NCBI GenBank assembly: GCA_001724265.1
Contig: MEDY01000002.1
Span: 1-64,000, forward strand
Source: Rhizaria sp. SCN 62-66
Lineage: Eukaryota
Direction: 5' to 3'
Length of the DNA: 64,000 nt
The translations under genes were made by a program, and so were the position numbers. The notes under the pieces are model-generated. The model did no database searches and had not been told where the DNA came from. It saw nothing but the letters and a program-made list of their open reading frames with translations. Position 1 is the first letter of the stretch. The number at the start of each line of letters is the position of its first letter. Shown here piece after piece: positions 61,448-64,000 of this stretch.

Positions 61448-64000
61448 ATGGACGGCCTGATTCCCGTAAGCTCCGTCCAGGCTTTTGCGTCCTCGCGCCG
61501 CGTCCGCTCTATCCAAGGCGTCTCTCTGCTGTCTTTGCGGCCCTCGCTGCTGGCCGACCCCAGCTTGGCCCTGCTCTGCACCCTCTCTCCCTGCTCGCCG
61601 TCACCCTCGCCCGCCAGCAGATCAACTCCCACTGCGAGCACCGCCAACGCGTACACGCAACCAGTGGCGCTCTCAGCGACCGCACTGCCGCCGTTCTTCG
61701 TCTCTTCTCTGTGCTCCGGGACGCTGAACCCGCACTGGGACATTTACCACTCATCCTCGGCCTCCGGGGGCGGCGCGGCCGCCGCGGCCGCTGTCATGGG
61801 CGGCGGCGGCGGCGGCGGCGTCGCCAACGCGGCCGAGCTCATGGCCCCCGCCGCGCCCGGCACCACGACGCTGCCGACGCCGTCGCCCTTCTCCCACGTC
61901 AGTGCCTCCGTCAGCAGTGCTTGCGATGGCTGTGCGCCTGATGGAGGCGTCCGGTCGCTAATCACGGACAGGGCGTGTGTTCTGCGGATCTATGCACAAC
62001 GCACAGTCTCTGCTTTATCTAGCTCCAGCTGTGGCGTTAACGCTCACGCTACTCAGCCTTGTGTTTCAACTGGCTCAGGTTCTAGCTCGAGTGCGAATGC
62101 TCAAAGTGGTGGTCAGCTGTGCGATGACTACTGGGACTTTGACGGGCTCTGGGCTCGTGATCACATCAAGGCTGGTCTAAGTACTCTCACCTTCACGTCT
62201 AACAGCAACAGCACAGTCGTTGCAGATGCTAAGTCCAAGGACAAATATAAGCTTTCTCCCGTCTCAGAGGCTGAGGCGGCCGTTGTATTCGCTGCCAGCG
62301 GCGGCGCCAACACCATCATCCCTTTCCTCTCGCCCACCAGTGGCAGCGCCTGCGCCAACACTGGCAATAGTTCAGGCGGCGAGAAACGCGTGTTGTACCG
62401 ACTCATCACAGTCGTTGTAGACCTGACCACGCTGCAGCCGTTGCGTGAGCTGTCTTTCTTGCCGCACTTGCTCTCGCCGTTGCAGCACCGTATCGTCGTC
62501 CACTTACCGGAGGGTGCTTTTACGATCCCCTTGCCTAACCTACTTACATCCATCGAGTGCGAGCACAACAGCAGCAGTATCGCCGCTCTAAGTAGCCCCT
62601 TAGATAGCAACAGCCACAGCGACTCATCACTCGTCCCCGCGTCTAACGATTCGCATGTAAGTACCACGCTTGCACTCCTGCCCTTGGCCGCTGCCATGGC
62701 CACCCTGAACACCAATTCCTCTTCCGTAGACTCGACATCAGCACAACAGAAACAGCAGCAGCAGATGTTGCTCTCACCTCTGTCAGTTGCACTCGGCCTC
62801 GCCCTGTCGCCCCATTACCGCACCACCGCTTCCGCAGCCGCCTCAGCCTCCGCCGGCGCTGGCGCCTCAGGCTCAGGCCCAGCCTCGGCCGCCGCCGGCG
62901 CCGGCACGGGCTCCGGGAGCGTGCTGGCCCTATCCGCCGCCGCCGCGGCCGCCGCGGCCGCCGCGACTGCCGCGACGACGGCGGACACGGCCTTCGCGTC
63001 CTTCTTCCCCCTGCTGCCGCCTGGTGGCACCGCGGCCCCCGTCTCCGTCGCAGCGATGCTGCGCCCCAGCTCCGCGGGCGCGGTCTTCACAGAGCCCCCC
63101 GTGGTGCTCGTGCCGCTGCCGCGCGCGCTCTCGTATGTTAAGCCGCCCGCCATGGCGGTAGCGACGCTAGCGGACCCGGAGGTACTGACCACCGCGCCAT
63201 ACTCGACCGGTGCAAGTGCCGCGGTCAGTAGCGAAGTAAGTACCTCCTTAGTCACGGTCGACAACATCCGTCTCCAACTGCACACCAACAGCAATGCCTC
63301 TGGGGATATCAACGACACAACTGCTACAGCTGCGGCGGCTACGACTGCGCCTGTCGAGCACGGGACTGTCGTGCTTCTGGTTGAGCCCGCCGCCACTGCG
63401 GCGCTGACATCCCCCGCCGCGCTGGCCGCGCCGGTTCTCGTCAGCACGAGTCTGGGCGTCGTCGCTATCCAGCCCCCGCCGCCCGTGACCAACGGCGACG
63501 GGGATTCGCCGTTCTCGCCCTCGCCCGCGCAGAACGCCGACTCCGTGATCGCGAACCCGGATAACACCACCGCGGTGACCCTGCCCGGTGCACCGAGCGC
63601 GGCCAGCGGCAGCGCCAATGCGGCGGTGTGTGCTGGGCGGATGGCAGCGGCGCGCGCGGCGGCTGCGGCGGCGGAGGCTGTCGCTGCCATTGCCACCACC
63701 GGCGGCGCCTCCCCGGGCTGTGACATCTCTTCTTCAGGCAGTCCGAGCAATGCCTATGGCGCTGCGGCTGTCGGGGCTGACGACGCGAGTGAGATGCACA
63801 GTGAGCAGAAGCATCAGCTGCTGGCGAGCGTCGTCCCCTTCGTGCCGGCCGTCGGCCTGGTCGTCGCAAACGTCACCGCGTCGTCGGCGTCATTGCTAGC
63901 GGCAGCTCACCACACCGCGACCCACAGCAACTTCACCTCGAGCAACCTTGGCACTGGCGCTGGCGCTGGCTCAGTGTTTGGGACCAACCCTGGCTCTAAC
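61448..64000 (+). CDS. UVRAG: Probable UVRAG/Vps38 (PI3K complex II subunit), N-terminal C2-like region, 3'-truncated by the window edge
   Basis: The frame from ATG 61448 stays open to the window end, so it is absent from the ORF track. Segments RRVRSIQGVSLLSL, PFFVSSLCSGTLNPHW, CVLRIYA, LITVVVDLTTLQPL and RIVVHLPEGAFTIP resemble, in order, the UVRAG N-terminal/C2 elements. Recognised from memory of the family, no search run. Confidence 0.55.
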   Translation, partial: MDGLIPVSSVQAFASSRRVRSIQGVSLLSLRPSLLADPSLALLCTLSPCSPSPSPASRSTPTASTANAYTQPVALSATALPPFFVSSLCSGTLNPHWDIYHSSSASGGGAAAAAAVMGGGGGGGVANAAELMAPAAPGTTTLPTPSPFSHVSASVSSACDGCAPDGGVRSLITDRACVLRIYAQRTVSALSSSSCGVNAHATQPCVSTGSGSSSSANAQSGGQLCDDYWDFDGLWARDHIKAGLSTLTFTSNSNSTVVADAKSKDKYKLSPVSEAEAAVVFAASGGANTIIPFLSPTSGSACANTGNSSGGEKRVLYRLITVVVDLTTLQPLRELSFLPHLLSPLQHRIVVHLPEGAFTIPLPNLLTSIECEHNSSSIAALSSPLDSNSHSDSSLVPASNDSHVSTTLALLPLAAAMATLNTNSSSVDSTSAQQKQQQQMLLSPLSVALGLALSPHYRTTASAAASASAGAGASGSGPASAAAGAGTGSGSVLALSAAAAAAAAAATAATTADTAFASFFPLLPPGGTAAPVSVAAMLRPSSAGAVFTEPPVVLVPLPRALSYVKPPAMAVATLADPEVLTTAPYSTGASAAVSSEVSTSLVTVDNIRLQLHTNSNASGDINDTTATAAAATTAPVEHGTVVLLVEPAATAALTSPAALAAPVLVSTSLGVVAIQPPPPVTNGDGDSPFSPSPAQNADSVIANPDNTTAVTLPGAPSAASGSANAAVCAGRMAAARAAAAAAEAVAAIATTGGASPGCDISSSGSPSNAYGAAAVGADDASEMHSEQKHQLLASVVPFVPAVGLVVANVTASSASLLAAAHHTATHSNFTSSNLGTGAGAGSVFGTNPGSN

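Noticed and set aside
15-63899. Hundreds of short overlapping and antisense ORFs in the track
   Set aside because: Shadow ORFs caused by high GC and trinucleotide repeats. They translate to poly-Arg/Pro/Leu/Cys strings with no family motifs.
1-64000. CRISPR arrays, transposons, prophage or prokaryotic operon structure (UvrD and uS17 look bacterial)
   Set aside because: No repeat-spacer arrays, terminal inverted repeats, or transposase/RT/integrase motifs were seen. Spliceosomal introns, Raptor and a KDEL protein show this is eukaryotic nuclear DNA.

Overview
GC-rich, gene-dense nuclear DNA of a microbial eukaryote, with GT-AG introns and a nucleus-encoded bacterial-type, probably mitochondrial, uS17. 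The lineage cannot be assigned from the window alone. Eight protein genes are visible: a greatly expanded Raptor/KOG1 (5' end outside the window), a PARP-type zinc-finger protein, uS17, a Canopy/saposin-like ER protein ending in KDEL, a ~6,260-aa orphan, isopentenyl-diphosphate isomerase, a ~4,220-aa UvrD/Srs2-like helicase and a probable UVRAG/Vps38 (3' end outside the window). Main result: TAG appears to be a sense codon, most plausibly Gln. Seven in-frame TAGs interrupt three genes, one of them inside the WxHxxC zinc-ligand motif, while all seven visible gene ends use TAA or TGA. Other signals: dispersed DNA motifs embedded in coding sequence on both strands (STAAGTRC, GCTCACRGTC), GTACG splice donors, splice-acceptor-like signals upstream of start codons, and very large low-complexity insertions in conserved proteins. 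Two 1-nt frameshifts at long polyQ repeats are probably assembly errors. Most short ORFs in the supplied track are shadow ORFs.
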